IMG/VR virus record: IMGVR_UViG_3300042467_002820
Strand: one strand, 5' to 3'
Source of the DNA: an uncultured virus (IMG/VR IMGVR_UViG_3300042467_002820)
Taxonomy: Duplodnaviria > Heunggongvirae > Uroviricota > Caudoviricetes
Length of the DNA stretch: 64,000 nucleotides
The position numbers and the translations under genes were made by a program. Below, in pieces: positions 16,261-26,158 of this stretch. Position 1 is the first letter of the stretch. Every line of letters starts with the position of its first letter. The notes beneath the pieces are model-generated. The model had not been told where the DNA came from. It worked only from the letters and a program-made list of their open reading frames with translations, and did not search any database.

Positions 16261-16464
16261 ATGCAAACCCACTTCCGGGAAGTCGCCTTCCCTCCCGTGA
16301 CCGCCGAGCAGCTCGCCTCGGTCGGCATCGACCGCACCGACCTCTACTGGTCGGCCACTTTCCGCTGCTGGCGCTTCTGCGGCGCCACCGCCGCGGCTTC
16401 CCCGTACTTCACCACCGGCCAAATCCTCCACGAGCTTGGCCTCACCCCCGACCCCCGCGCCTGA
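16261..16464 (+). CDS. Early hypothetical protein
   Basis: Codon usage and operon position. Confidence 0.6.
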   Translation: MQTHFREVAFPPVTAEQLASVGIDRTDLYWSATFRCWRFCGATAAASPYFTTGQILHELGLTPDPRA

Positions 16465-16543
16465 CGCTCCCCCGGAGCTCTACCCCTTTTGTGGGCGAGC
16501 TCCCTGGGCGCCTCGCCCCTTTCCTTCACAAGCTGTGACCAGC

Positions 16544-17254
16544 ATGACCAACCCCAACGGACGGGTCCTCTACGAGGGTCCGTCGATGCTTGATGGCGCG
16601 CCCATCGTCGTCATTGCCACCGGCTTCGCCGAGCGCTCCGCCAACGACAAGACCGGCGGCATGCTGCAGACCTGGATCCTCCGCGCCGACATCCCCCCAC
16701 ACCACGCCTTCAAGTCCCCCGAGGGCGCCTCTGTCTGCGGCGACTGCCCGCACCGCCTCAACCGCACCTGCTACGTCCTCTGGTACCAGGCGCCGCTTGC
16801 TGTCTGGAACTGCTGGCACCACGGCGCCGGCTACGCCCCGGCCACCCCGGCCGACTTCGACGGCTTCGACCTGCGCCTCGGCTCCGCCGGTGACCCGGCC
16901 GCCGTCCCCAGCTGGATCTGGGAGCCGATCCTCCCCCGAGTCCGCAAGCGCACCGGCTATACCCACCAGTGGCGCCGCGCTGTCGGCTCCTGGCTCCGCG
17001 GCGTGGTGCAGGCGTCCTGCGACTCCCTGCAAGACCTCACCGATGCCCGCGCCGCCGGCTGGCGCACCTTCACCGTGCTGCCACTCGGCGCCCCCGACCC
17101 CACCGGCACCATCCACTGCGCCGCCTCCACCGAGCGCGGTAACAAAACCAACTGCGCCACCTGCGGCCTCTGCGACGGTGCCTCCGCCGACGTCGCCATC
17201 TGGGCCCACGGCTCCCGCGCCGCCCACGTCCAACCCACCCCCGCCCTCGCATGA
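16544..17254 (+). CDS. Cys-rich conserved phage protein (gp88-like, possibly Fe-S binding)
   Basis: LYEGPS.LDGAPIVVIATG...KTG.MLQTWIL, CGDCPH..CY, LRLG..GDP, TGYTHQW, C..CGLC. Confidence 0.65.
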   Translation: MTNPNGRVLYEGPSMLDGAPIVVIATGFAERSANDKTGGMLQTWILRADIPPHHAFKSPEGASVCGDCPHRLNRTCYVLWYQAPLAVWNCWHHGAGYAPATPADFDGFDLRLGSAGDPAAVPSWIWEPILPRVRKRTGYTHQWRRAVGSWLRGVVQASCDSLQDLTDARAAGWRTFTVLPLGAPDPTGTIHCAASTERGNKTNCATCGLCDGASADVAIWAHGSRAAHVQPTPALA

Positions 17255-17406
17255 CCCGCCGCCCCACCCCTCCCTGGATCCGCGCCGAGCACCTCGCCGG
17301 CTTCCTCCTCGGCCTGGCCCTCGCCGCCATGGCCGTCGACTACGGCTACCAACGCCCCACCAACACCCTCCCGAGCCTGACGCCCATTCACTACCCCGGC
17401 CCATGA
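17251..17406 (+). CDS. Small membrane protein
   Basis: Read manually: MTRRPTPPWIRAEHLAGFLLGLALAAMAVDYG... Confidence 0.45.
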   Translation: MTRRPTPPWIRAEHLAGFLLGLALAAMAVDYGYQRPTNTLPSLTPIHYPGP

Positions 17407-17609
17407 GCGACTGCCCCGACCCCCGCCCCCTCAGCCCACCAGACCCTGAGCCCGCCGCCTCACCCGTGCGCGTCTGGCACTTCCTCTCCGCCGACCACGA
17501 CCACGAGCACTGGACCGAGTGCGCCACCGAAGCGGAAGCCCTCTACACCGAGTACGGCCTCCGCGGCACCCCATACGAAGTCATCTGCACCCTGGAGCCC
17601 GCGCACTAA
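17403..17609 (+). CDS. Hypothetical protein
   Basis: MSDCPDP...LEPAH; coupled start. Confidence 0.45.
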   Translation: MSDCPDPRPLSPPDPEPAASPVRVWHFLSADHDHEHWTECATEAEALYTEYGLRGTPYEVICTLEPAH

Positions 17610-17669
17610 CGTGTGAGCTCTTGCTAACTTCCTTGCGTTCATCACAACTACCTGCTACAAATCACCCAC

Positions 17670-18017
17670 ATGCGCACTTCCCCCCAACGCACGACCCGCT
17701 CCTATTCCCCCACCGGCGCCATCGGCCGCCGCCTGTCCACCGCCCACGAGCTCCAGCTCCAGTCCCAACGCATCACCGCCGAGCTCGCCGCCCACCGCCA
17801 CTGGCTCTGCGAGCGCATGCAACGCCTTGACCTCGACCGCATCGAGCAAGGCGACCTCGTCGTCACCCGCAAGCTCCGCCACCGCTGGACCTACACCCCC
17901 GAGACCGAGGCCCTCATGGAGGCCCTCCGCAAAACCCAGCTCCGTGAACAGGCCGAAGGCCTGGCCACCGACGACCCCACCGTCTACGTCGCCCTCACCA
18001 CCCAGTACCAGCCATGA
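17670..18017 (+). CDS. Hypothetical protein
   Basis: Operon position and codon usage. Confidence 0.6.
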   Translation: MRTSPQRTTRSYSPTGAIGRRLSTAHELQLQSQRITAELAAHRHWLCERMQRLDLDRIEQGDLVVTRKLRHRWTYTPETEALMEALRKTQLREQAEGLATDDPTVYVALTTQYQP

Positions 18018-18208
18018 CCAACCTGTCTGCAACCGAGCGCTACCACACCGTCGCCTCCATGGAGCGCCACGGCGGCGGCTTCTGTCGCGCCCTCGCCCAG
18101 GCCTGGTACGTCGCCGATCCGCGCAACAAGCAGCGCATCGAGATGGCCTTCGGCCACATCCTCGAGGACTTCGCCCCCGGCACCCGCTTGTACGAGGGCG
18201 CCCAATGA
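18014..18208 (+). CDS. Hypothetical protein
   Basis: M...GGGF..ALA.AW..AD..N..RI pattern. Confidence 0.65.
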   Translation: MTNLSATERYHTVASMERHGGGFCRALAQAWYVADPRNKQRIEMAFGHILEDFAPGTRLYEGAQ

Positions 18209-18519
18209 AGCGCCTCGCCCTGTTCGCGGCGCTCGCGCTCTGCACCCCAGCACAGGCGCGCCCCGTCACCGCCACCGTCTATCACGAGTGGTATCACGGC
18301 CGCACGACGTACTGCGGCCAGACCTTCCAGCTCTGGGGCGTCTCGGCCGCCCACCCCTGGCTCCCCTGTGGCACCCGAGTGCGGGTGACCCACCGAGGCC
18401 GCTCCCTCACGGTCCCTATTACCGACCGCTGCGACTGCGAACTAGATTTATCTGCAGGCGCCGCCTACTCCCTGGGTATCCCCTTGGATGGCATCAGGGA
18501 AGTCGACATCACCAACTGA
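18205..18519 (+). CDS. RlpA-like double-psi beta-barrel protein with signal peptide
   Basis: Signal peptide; GRTTYCG..F....SAAHPWLPCGTRVRVT.....V.ITDR...LDLS..AA. Confidence 0.8.
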   Translation: MKRLALFAALALCTPAQARPVTATVYHEWYHGRTTYCGQTFQLWGVSAAHPWLPCGTRVRVTHRGRSLTVPITDRCDCELDLSAGAAYSLGIPLDGIREVDITN

Positions 18520-18525
18520 GGTCTT

Positions 18526-19179
18526 ATGGCTAGGAAAGGGCAGTTCAAACCCGCCCCCGAGATCGGCACTGAGTTTGGCAAGCTCACAGTGCTAGATAAC
18601 ACTCACTTCATACAGGAAAGCAGGCAGCGTGTGCCCGCTAGCCTGTGCAGCTGCGTGTGCGGGAAAGAGCTTGTCATTCGCAACTACGTACTTACAAGAA
18701 CCCGCGCACCCGCTCAGAGCTGTGGTTGCACCCGGCGGCATGGGCAGAGTCAAAGGGGCAATAAGTCGCGCACTTACAACGCATGGATGAACATGAAGAC
18801 CAGAGTGCGACGTGATCCCTACTACGCCAATGTCGAGATTGTTAGTACATGGTTGAACGACTTTAACCAGTTCGCTAGCGACATGGGTGAGTGCCCCGAA
18901 GCTCACACCTTAGACAGGATCGACAACTCAGGCAATTACGAGCCTAGTAATTGTCGATGGGCGACTTTTAAGCAACAGAATAACAACAAGAGCTCTAATA
19001 AAGTGATAGAGCATAACGGACAATCCTTGACGGTGCAGGGTTGGATGAATCTGCACGGCTTGGATCCGACCACGTTCTATCGGCGCTTGCAACTCGGCTG
19101 GTCCGAGAAAGAAGCGGCAGTTACCCCAAAGCTGGCGCGTCATGCCAACTGGAATCGCACTTTCCCTACTGAACCATGA
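18526..19179 (+). CDS. HNH homing endonuclease
   Basis: FGKLTV, C.C.CG, SCGC, TLDRIDNSGNYEPSNCRWAT..Q.NN; lower GC. Confidence 0.85.
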   Translation: MARKGQFKPAPEIGTEFGKLTVLDNTHFIQESRQRVPASLCSCVCGKELVIRNYVLTRTRAPAQSCGCTRRHGQSQRGNKSRTYNAWMNMKTRVRRDPYYANVEIVSTWLNDFNQFASDMGECPEAHTLDRIDNSGNYEPSNCRWATFKQQNNNKSSNKVIEHNGQSLTVQGWMNLHGLDPTTFYRRLQLGWSEKEAAVTPKLARHANWNRTFPTEP

Positions 19180-19433
19180 CTAACCCCACCCTCCCCACCA
19201 TCCACCTCAACGGCACCAGCCGCAAGATGCTCGCCGACGGCTACTTCGAGGCCTGGAACCGCCTCAACGAGGCCATCACCGCCTTCAACGCCATCGAGTT
19301 CAACTGCCGCGACTACTACGTGCAGTCCGGTGACGCCTGGACCCGCGCCACCGCGGACCGCACCGAGGCCGCCAAGCACCTACACGCTGCCAGCAAATAC
19401 CTCGAAGCCCACCTCCTCCACCTCGGCGAATGA
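19176..19433 (+). CDS. Hypothetical protein
   Basis: PTIHLNGTS...RDYY. Confidence 0.6.
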   Translation: MTNPTLPTIHLNGTSRKMLADGYFEAWNRLNEAITAFNAIEFNCRDYYVQSGDAWTRATADRTEAAKHLHAASKYLEAHLLHLGE

Positions 19434-19705
19434 ACGACCCCTCCTTCAACCTCGCCATGGCCGCCCGCGTCGGCGACTCTTGGTATACCCACCTCAGCGC
19501 CGTCGAAGCCGCCATGGCCGAGGACGACCGCATTGCCGACGCTCGCTGGCGCGCCGGCTGGACCGGCGACGAGGGCGGCTGGTACGCCCCCTGCGGCACC
19601 CACGAATCCGATTGGGAAGACGAGGGCTACCCACTCCCCGAGGACCCGGCATTCACCGAGTGGGCCTCCGCCTTCTACCACTACGACGCTGCGGACGCCG
19701 CGTAG
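19430..19705 (+). CDS. Hypothetical acidic protein
   Basis: Coupled ORF. Confidence 0.55.
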   Translation: MNDPSFNLAMAARVGDSWYTHLSAVEAAMAEDDRIADARWRAGWTGDEGGWYAPCGTHESDWEDEGYPLPEDPAFTEWASAFYHYDAADAA

Positions 19706-19763
19706 CGGCCGCGGCCCGCTGGAGCCGCACCCAATCCAGCCTTTACCCCACTACCCCACCACC

Positions 19764-20843
19764 ATGCGCGACTACGCCCCCAACACCGTCACCACCGCCT
19801 ACGCCGCCAACGGCCACGGCCCCCTGGTCTACGGCAAGTACCGCGACCACGGCTACGCCGTGAACCCGCTCACCGCCCAAGTCGGCACCTTCGTCCCCGA
19901 GCGCGCCTCCGCCTCCGAGGCCTTCGCCATCGCCGGCCTCAACTGGACCGCCGAGCGCCGCCCCGTCACCTTCATGGGCGCCGACGGCCCACTCACCTCC
20001 AACGACCACGTCGCCATCGTCCGCAGCGACACCGACGGCCTGCTCGGTATCCACGGCGCCGGCTACACCCCGGTGCAGAACAGCGCCCTGATCAACCTCC
20101 TCGACTACCTCCGCGAGGACCTCCACATCGAAAACGTCCTCTCCATCCGCGGCGGCCGCAAGGTGTTCGCCACGGCCACCATCGACACCGAGGACGAAGT
20201 CGTCCCTGGCGACCGCGTCCGCCGTTACCTCCACCTCTTCAACTCCCACGATGGGAGCAGTGGCTTCGGCGTCTTCTTCAGCGACGTCCGCCTCCGCTGC
20301 GCCAACCAGCTCGCCTACCTCACCGGCAAAGCCGTAGGCAACGCCATCCACGAGGGCGCCGGCCTCCGCCGCAAGCACACCTCCTCCGTCACGCAGTTCG
20401 CCGAGCAGCTGCCTCACCTGATCGATCTCGAGCGCCGCAGCTTCTCCCGCTCCATCGACCAACTCCGCGACCTGAGCAACGTGCAGCTCACCACCGAGCT
20501 CGCCCGCCGCGTCCTCGAGGCCACCTACGCCGACAAGCTCGCCACCCCCATCCGCGACAAAACCACCGGCGACAAGCGCCCCCGCACCATCGCGGACCTC
20601 AAAGAGGTCGCCACCATCCGCAACCACTACGCCGGTGACACCGGCCTGGGCATCCGCGACATCCCCGGCGTAGCCGGAACCCTCTACGGCCTCTTCAACG
20701 CCATCACCCAACACGCCACCCACGACACCGGCCGCGCCACCGACGCCACCGAGCGCGCCCGGGCCCGCCTCGAATCCCTCTGGGGCGGCACCTCCGCCAA
20801 GCGCATCGAGCGCGCCCGCGAAGCCTGCCTCGCCCTGGTGTGA
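19764..20843 (+). CDS. DUF932-family phage/plasmid protein
   Basis: AGLNW, R.DT...LG...GYTPVQN, L..NSHDGS, R..CANQL, HT, GTLYGLFNAIT. Confidence 0.8.
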   Translation: MRDYAPNTVTTAYAANGHGPLVYGKYRDHGYAVNPLTAQVGTFVPERASASEAFAIAGLNWTAERRPVTFMGADGPLTSNDHVAIVRSDTDGLLGIHGAGYTPVQNSALINLLDYLREDLHIENVLSIRGGRKVFATATIDTEDEVVPGDRVRRYLHLFNSHDGSSGFGVFFSDVRLRCANQLAYLTGKAVGNAIHEGAGLRRKHTSSVTQFAEQLPHLIDLERRSFSRSIDQLRDLSNVQLTTELARRVLEATYADKLATPIRDKTTGDKRPRTIADLKEVATIRNHYAGDTGLGIRDIPGVAGTLYGLFNAITQHATHDTGRATDATERARARLESLWGGTSAKRIERAREACLALV

Positions 20844-20901
20844 CCCCGCATGGCCGGCTGAGCCGGCCTCCCTACCCTTGCGCTAGAGCGCCCACCACGC
20901 C

Positions 20902-21303
20902 ATGCAGATCCCAGAAACCCCCGAAGCGCTCTTCGAGCACCTCAGCGACAGCAACGTCCGCGAGATGTTCTCCAACTACGACTCGCTGCGCCCCCGCCAC
21001 CGCAAGCTCGTCCACCTGTTCCACACGGAGCTGACCAAGGGCGAGCTCAGCGACGCGTCCTTCCTGGACACCGTCGTGTTCATCACACAGCTCTGGCGCT
21101 GCTTCAACCGCACCGCCTGCCTGCAGATCGAGCAGCTCCTCGACGACAACGACGAGCTCGAGACCCGCTGGATCAACTCCGCCCTCGAATACGCCCGCGT
21201 CGCCCAGTTCATCGAGGCCTGCCTCAACCTCTACGACGCCGCCCCCGACTTCACCGAGCTCGACGGCGAAAGTACCTACCGCATCCACCACACCGCCCCC
21301 TGA
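20902..21303 (+). CDS. Hypothetical protein
   Basis: Codon usage. Confidence 0.6.
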   Translation: MQIPETPEALFEHLSDSNVREMFSNYDSLRPRHRKLVHLFHTELTKGELSDASFLDTVVFITQLWRCFNRTACLQIEQLLDDNDELETRWINSALEYARVAQFIEACLNLYDAAPDFTELDGESTYRIHHTAP

Positions 21304-21398
21304 TGACCCTGCCAGACTGAACGAGCCGGCCCGCCCCGAGCGCTGAGCGCCGCCCGGCCCAACCTTCCCTTCCTTCACGGCCCAGCCGTTGCTTTCGC

Positions 21399-21584
21399 AT
21401 GGCTTCACCTGCGTTTGCCCATTACGACCTGTGCAACCCCACCACAGGCACTGTCCTCTATCGCACCTACGCAACCACCACCGAAATCCTCGCTGCCAAT
21501 GCACGCCTCCGAGATCGCGGCATCCCCAGCCGTTACTACCCCGCGGACACCTACCACGCGCCTCTACTACACGATCCGCGCTGA
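21399..21584 (+). CDS. Hypothetical protein
   Basis: Codon usage. Confidence 0.45.
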   Translation: MASPAFAHYDLCNPTTGTVLYRTYATTTEILAANARLRDRGIPSRYYPADTYHAPLLHDPR

Positions 21585-21767
21585 AGGTGGCTTCCTCACC
21601 GCCAGCCACGCCGCCGACGGCCCCCCGATCGTGACGCGCCCCTCCCCCGAGGACGCCACCCGCTTCGTCGACATCACCGCCGCCAGCCGCCGCGCCGCCG
21701 CCCTGCAACAGCTCGGCTGGCGCGACCTCCGCATCATCGCCGTCTACCTCTCCCCTATCCGCTTGTG

Positions 21768-22157
21768 ATGCGACCCACCCCCACCGAGCGCTACACCGAG
21801 CTGATCTCCCTCGCCGAGAGCCACTACGCCCGCCAGGGCTTCGTCAAGTGGACCGACCTCGCCTCCGAGCTCGGCCTCAGCCGCCAGCGCATCCTCCAGC
21901 TGCTACAGCAGGCCGTCTGCCGGGGCCACCTCACCGAGGACGACCTCGACCGCTACCGCTCCGAGGCCGCCCGCCGCGCCGCAGCTCGCACCAACGAAAG
22001 CCTGCGCCGCGACCTGGAGCGCCTAAAAGTCAAGCTGATCCTCACCCCCGACAACCTCAGCTGGCTCGACTCCGCCCTCGCCGCCGCCCCCCACGGCTCC
22101 ACCCGCAGCGACCTGATTAACGCCGCCATCACCCACTTCCGCACCGCCAATGCCTGA
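21768..22157 (+). CDS. HTH DNA-binding protein
   Basis: WTDLASELGLSRQRILQLL; C-terminal RHH-like TRSDLINAAI. Confidence 0.6.
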   Translation: MRPTPTERYTELISLAESHYARQGFVKWTDLASELGLSRQRILQLLQQAVCRGHLTEDDLDRYRSEAARRAAARTNESLRRDLERLKVKLILTPDNLSWLDSALAAAPHGSTRSDLINAAITHFRTANA

Positions 22158-22335
22158 CACCCGCTTCTGGAGCACCGTCTCCCGCTACTGCTCCGAGCTC
22201 GCCCCTGTGGTCGGCCCCATCTTCAGCGCCGCCTCCGACCTGGCCGGCGCCATCGACCGCGCCTCGCTACCTCCAGCCAGCAGCTCCTCAACCCCGGCGC
22301 TGCCTTTACCCTCTGAGCTCGACTGACCCCGCCCG

Positions 22336-22578
22336 TTGCACCCACACATCGATCCCCTCTCCCTGCCAGATGACAGCTTTCTCGAGCGCGCCCGCGCCAT
22401 GTGCGCGACCAAGATCCCCCACCTGAATCGCCAAGCTGCCTCTGCGCATCTCCGCCGGGGCAGCTACACCGGCACGCCCTACCACTGCCCTATTTGTGGC
22501 GACTGGCACACCACGACCTACGACCGCGTGCAGTCCAAGCGCTTCGCCCGCCGTCTATCCCGATTACTTCGTACTTGA
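22336..22578 (+). CDS. Small Zn-finger protein
   Basis: C..K..H...A...YHCPICGDWHTT. Confidence 0.55.
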   Translation: MHPHIDPLSLPDDSFLERARAMCATKIPHLNRQAASAHLRRGSYTGTPYHCPICGDWHTTTYDRVQSKRFARRLSRLLRT

Positions 22579-22739
22579 ATGCAAAACCTAAAGCTGTATC
22601 AAGCCCGTCTCCAATGTCGCACAGTTGGATTGATGGCATTTGACCTAGAAGACGCTAGGCTCTGCTTGCACGAACTGTACCCCAATGAGAAAGTGCTAAG
22701 CGTGCTCCTCGCCCCCGAGTGGTTCACCGAGGACGACGC

Positions 22740-22943
22740 ATGACAAACGCTCGCAACACCCGTGTGACATTTACCGTTCCTCGACCTATTTATGAGAAGC
22801 TTGTCGAGCTCGCCAACATGAGCGACACAAGTATCTCCGGGCTTGCTAACCGAGCCACTCGTGAGTGGCTGGAAGAAAACTACAAGCAGTTTCTTGCCTT
22901 CTATTCAAAAGACAAACCGGCGACGCAAGAGCGCTGGAAGTAA
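22740..22943 (+). CDS. Ribbon-helix-helix DNA-binding protein
   Basis: RVTFTVP...YEKL..LA....SISGL...A..EWL. Confidence 0.65.
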   Translation: MTNARNTRVTFTVPRPIYEKLVELANMSDTSISGLANRATREWLEENYKQFLAFYSKDKPATQERWK

Positions 22944-22964
22944 ACACCAAACAACACACGCACC

Positions 22965-23360
22965 ATGAAAAACAGCACCCTTGTCACGATCAGCGTGACA
23001 ATCACAAGTCTCGCCGCCCTCGCCTTTGTGCTCTGGGGCCTTCCACAGCTTGGCGTCTACAACCGCACCTTAGCCGGCAAGGCTTCTCTGATGGAAGCCG
23101 AAAGCACACGCCAAGTGAAAGTGCTCGAAGCTAAAGCCAAGAAAGACGCAGCCTCGCTTGAAGCGGATGCCGAGATCGAACGCGCTAAAGGCGTGGCCGA
23201 AGCTAATCGTATTATCGGCGATTCACTGAAAGACAATCCGAGGTATTTGCAATATCTTTATATAGTAGGTTTGCAAGAAGGTAGCGAGAAAGGTAATCGC
23301 ACAATTTACGTACCCACCGAGGGCGGTCTTCCTGTTCCGACACTCGGCATCGAGAAATGA
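22965..23360 (+). CDS. Membrane-anchored SPFH/band-7-like protein
   Basis: N-terminal TM; AEIERAKGVAEANRIIGDSL...YLQYL...TIYVPTE. Confidence 0.7.
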   Translation: MKNSTLVTISVTITSLAALAFVLWGLPQLGVYNRTLAGKASLMEAESTRQVKVLEAKAKKDAASLEADAEIERAKGVAEANRIIGDSLKDNPRYLQYLYIVGLQEGSEKGNRTIYVPTEGGLPVPTLGIEK

Positions 23361-23563
23361 GCGCACGCTATCTCGTCTACCAGATTGGCTGCATCGAATG
23401 CGGCGTCTCGTCTTATCCAATTAAGACTTGCGAGACGATTGCAGAAGCCAAGGAAGTAGCCAAAGCACACCCAAGCACTTGGCACACCGAGGGCGGCGAA
23501 GGCTACATCACCATCATCGACCTAGAAGAATGCAAAACGCTTACTGATCTTCCGTGCTCTTAG
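23357..23563 (+). CDS. Hypothetical protein
   Basis: IGCIECG motif; coupled. Confidence 0.55.
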   Translation: MSARYLVYQIGCIECGVSSYPIKTCETIAEAKEVAKAHPSTWHTEGGEGYITIIDLEECKTLTDLPCS

Positions 23564-23584
23564 ATCTACACACTTCTCTTTCTC

Positions 23585-23926
23585 ATGACTAACAACAATT
23601 ACCCAATCACCCCGCCGCCTGAGCTGGTAAACCAGTGGCTTACTGAAGGGCACCATCAGGACTACTGCAGCGCCACTGAGCACGCCATTGCACAAGCCGC
23701 CCGCTGGGGATCGGACCAAGAGCTGGAGGCGTGCTGTGAGTTGCTAGTTGCAGATCACTGGGAAACTTTAAGCCGGGGTCTCCGCACCGCCCGCCGCACC
23801 AAGCCGCCGAGCTTGAAGGAGCAGGCGCTGGAGCAACTGGATTCGTTGCACTCTGATCTGAAAGTGCACGGGCTTGGCACTAACACCGACACCATCCGCC
23901 GCGCTCTGGAGCAGCTCGATGACTGA
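23585..23926 (+). CDS. Hypothetical protein
   Basis: PITPPPELV.QW...DQELEAC...PPSLKEQAL. Confidence 0.6.
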   Translation: MTNNNYPITPPPELVNQWLTEGHHQDYCSATEHAIAQAARWGSDQELEACCELLVADHWETLSRGLRTARRTKPPSLKEQALEQLDSLHSDLKVHGLGTNTDTIRRALEQLDD

Positions 23927-24146
23927 ACTCACCACCGCCTGGATGTTCGGCTGCGTCTGCGGGTTTTTCTTGGGCGTCACCATCGCCCGCACATCCCGCG
24001 ACCGCGACCCCGACTGGCGCCGCAGCTTCAACCACGAGAACACCAACCTGCCAAGCGGGCCGCCGCCGCTTAAGTTCCGGCGCAGTGAGCCGGTTAAACC
24101 TCAATTCCCATCGCCCCGGATCATCCGGGAAGACTTCCTGCCATGA
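23919..24146 (+). CDS. Small membrane protein
   Basis: Hydrophobic N-terminus from MTELTTAW. Confidence 0.45.
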   Translation: MTELTTAWMFGCVCGFFLGVTIARTSRDRDPDWRRSFNHENTNLPSGPPPLKFRRSEPVKPQFPSPRIIREDFLP

Positions 24147-24171
24147 CCACATGTCCACCTCACTTAACACC

Positions 24172-24477
24172 ATGACCGATTACAAACGACTGTGCGCTGA
24201 GTTGGTTGACGCTATTGATAGCGGTATTCCCACAGATCGGATGCACTTGTCTCCCCTAATGCTGCGTGTCCGCGACGCCCTGGCTGAGCCCGAGCCGGAG
24301 GGGCCGACGCGACCCATCCCAGTGAGCGAGCGCTTGCCAGGTGATCAACTGTGCTGGTGGTACGAGCCTGATGAAGAGGACGGCTATGGCGGCATGTGGA
24401 CATTGCTCCGCATCCGTGGCGGCACAGCTTGCTACAGCCACTGGCTTCCTGCCGACGCTTTGCCCCTACCCGATTAG
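24172..24477 (+). CDS. Hypothetical protein
   Basis: MTDYKRLCAELV...PIPVSERLP...HWLP. Confidence 0.6.
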   Translation: MTDYKRLCAELVDAIDSGIPTDRMHLSPLMLRVRDALAEPEPEGPTRPIPVSERLPGDQLCWWYEPDEEDGYGGMWTLLRIRGGTACYSHWLPADALPLPD

Positions 24478-24489
24478 TCCGATCAACTA

Positions 24490-24708
24490 ATGACTCAACA
24501 ACTTTCACCTGCTGCCCAAGCTGTGTTGGATGCCGCCAATGGCGCTTGCTGCTATGGCCCAGATGACATCCTAAATGACTCTAGGGACATTGCTGCCGCC
24601 GCCCTGCGTGCTGCTGTAGCCCAGACGCAAAGGCATCCTGGCCACGACATATGGCAGTGCGACGCCGACGACTTACTCGCCATCGCTGATGAGCTTGATG
24701 CCAAGTAG
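24490..24708 (+). CDS. Hypothetical protein
   Basis: LSPAAQAVLDAA...LLAIADEL. Confidence 0.6.
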   Translation: MTQQLSPAAQAVLDAANGACCYGPDDILNDSRDIAAAALRAAVAQTQRHPGHDIWQCDADDLLAIADELDAK

Positions 24709-24761
24709 TCAGACCCACTTCTCCTGACGAACTTCAAATTTCCCTCAAATTAGAACTTCAC

Positions 24762-25490
24762 ATGCCCCTAATCGACCCATACCTCCGCGTCGAGGTGCTC
24801 AACCGCACCGAACACCCCCAGACCCTGTGCTGGTGGGCCATGCACCAGGACTACTCCGAGAACTTTGTCTTCGACAAAGAACCCCCGAGTGAATCCGAGG
24901 CCGGCTCCCTCCTCATCAAGCACCTCCTCGCCGGCGAGCGCGGTCACTACGGCCCCCTCGAGCACCCCGCCATCACCTTCAACGTCGGCGGCTTCCCCCA
25001 CTCGGTGATGCAGCAAGCCCGCACCCACCGCGTCGGCGTCAGCTTCGACGTCCAATCCGGCCGCTACACAGGCAAACGCATCCTTGATGTCTGCACAGGC
25101 GCGCGCGACGTCGAAGAAGTCTTCTACCTCCGCCCCGTAGGCACCTACCGAGACCGCCAGGGCAAGAAGTACGAGTACACCGAAGACCAGCGCATGATCC
25201 ACCGGATCATCTGCATCGACTCCGCTGGCCGCTACAAGCTCGCCCTCGAGGACGGCTTCAGCGAAGAGCACGCCCGGGACATCATCCCCTACGCAATCCG
25301 CCAGGACTTCGTGGTGTCCTTCAACCTGCGCTCGCTACTGCACTTCATGGATCTCCGCGCAAAGCGCGACGCCCAACTCGAGATCCAAGCCCTCTGCGAT
25401 CTGATGTGGCCCCACCTCGAAGCGTGGGCCCCCGAGATCACCTCCTGGTACGGCGCCTCGCGCCTGCACAAAGCCCGCCTTGCACCATGA
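24762..25490 (+). CDS. thyX: Flavin-dependent thymidylate synthase
   Basis: GHYGPLEH, QQARTHRVGVSFDVQSGRY, NLRSLLHFMDLR...AQLEI. Confidence 0.95.
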   Translation: MPLIDPYLRVEVLNRTEHPQTLCWWAMHQDYSENFVFDKEPPSESEAGSLLIKHLLAGERGHYGPLEHPAITFNVGGFPHSVMQQARTHRVGVSFDVQSGRYTGKRILDVCTGARDVEEVFYLRPVGTYRDRQGKKYEYTEDQRMIHRIICIDSAGRYKLALEDGFSEEHARDIIPYAIRQDFVVSFNLRSLLHFMDLRAKRDAQLEIQALCDLMWPHLEAWAPEITSWYGASRLHKARLAP

Positions 25491-25660
25491 ACCCCCTCCT
25501 CATCACCATCCGCTCCACTCCCGACGGCTACTACCGCTGGGAGCTCCACGACGGCCCTGACGGTGCCTTCACCTACGCCGGCACCGCCCCCCTCCTCGAG
25601 CGCTGTTTCGAGGACATCCTTCGCGCCCAATGGGCCCTCGCCGAAAGCCTTACCTCGTGA
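25487..25660 (+). CDS. Hypothetical protein
   Basis: MNPLLITIRST...; coupled. Confidence 0.5.
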   Translation: MNPLLITIRSTPDGYYRWELHDGPDGAFTYAGTAPLLERCFEDILRAQWALAESLTS

Positions 25661-26139
25661 CCCCACCCCTCTGCCCCGAGTGCGGCAGCCCTTCCACCTT
25701 TGTCCTCCGCACCGACAATCTCCGCAACGGCACCACCCGCCGCCGCTTCTCCTGTCGCTCCTGCACCCACCGCTGGACCCTCCTCGACGGACCCCTGCCT
25801 GATCGCCCCGCCTACCAACCCCGCGCCACCCCTTACAGCCCCCGCGGCCTCACCGAGCGCGACATTGTCTCCATCCTTCTCTCCACCGAGCCCGACCGCA
25901 CCCTCGCCCCCCTCTACAACTGCAGCCGCCAGTCCATCGTCAACATCCGCCTCGGCCGCACCTTCCCCGCCATTCGCCCCGACATCCCCCGCCGCATCTC
26001 CGGTCGCGCCTACAGCACCCCCGGCCCTTTATGCACAGCCTGCATGAACTGGACGGGCACCGCCTGTAGCTTCGGCTTCCCCGAGGCCGTCACTGAACCC
26101 ACCTTCGCCCGCGACTGCGACCTCTACTTGGCCGCATAA
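25657..26139 (+). CDS. Zn-ribbon/HTH protein
   Basis: CPECGS...RRRFSCRSCTHRWT; LA..YNCSRQSI; C-terminal Cys cluster. Confidence 0.6.
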   Translation: MTPPLCPECGSPSTFVLRTDNLRNGTTRRRFSCRSCTHRWTLLDGPLPDRPAYQPRATPYSPRGLTERDIVSILLSTEPDRTLAPLYNCSRQSIVNIRLGRTFPAIRPDIPRRISGRAYSTPGPLCTACMNWTGTACSFGFPEAVTEPTFARDCDLYLAA

Positions 26140-26158
26140 CGTCATAACACTACCGTCA

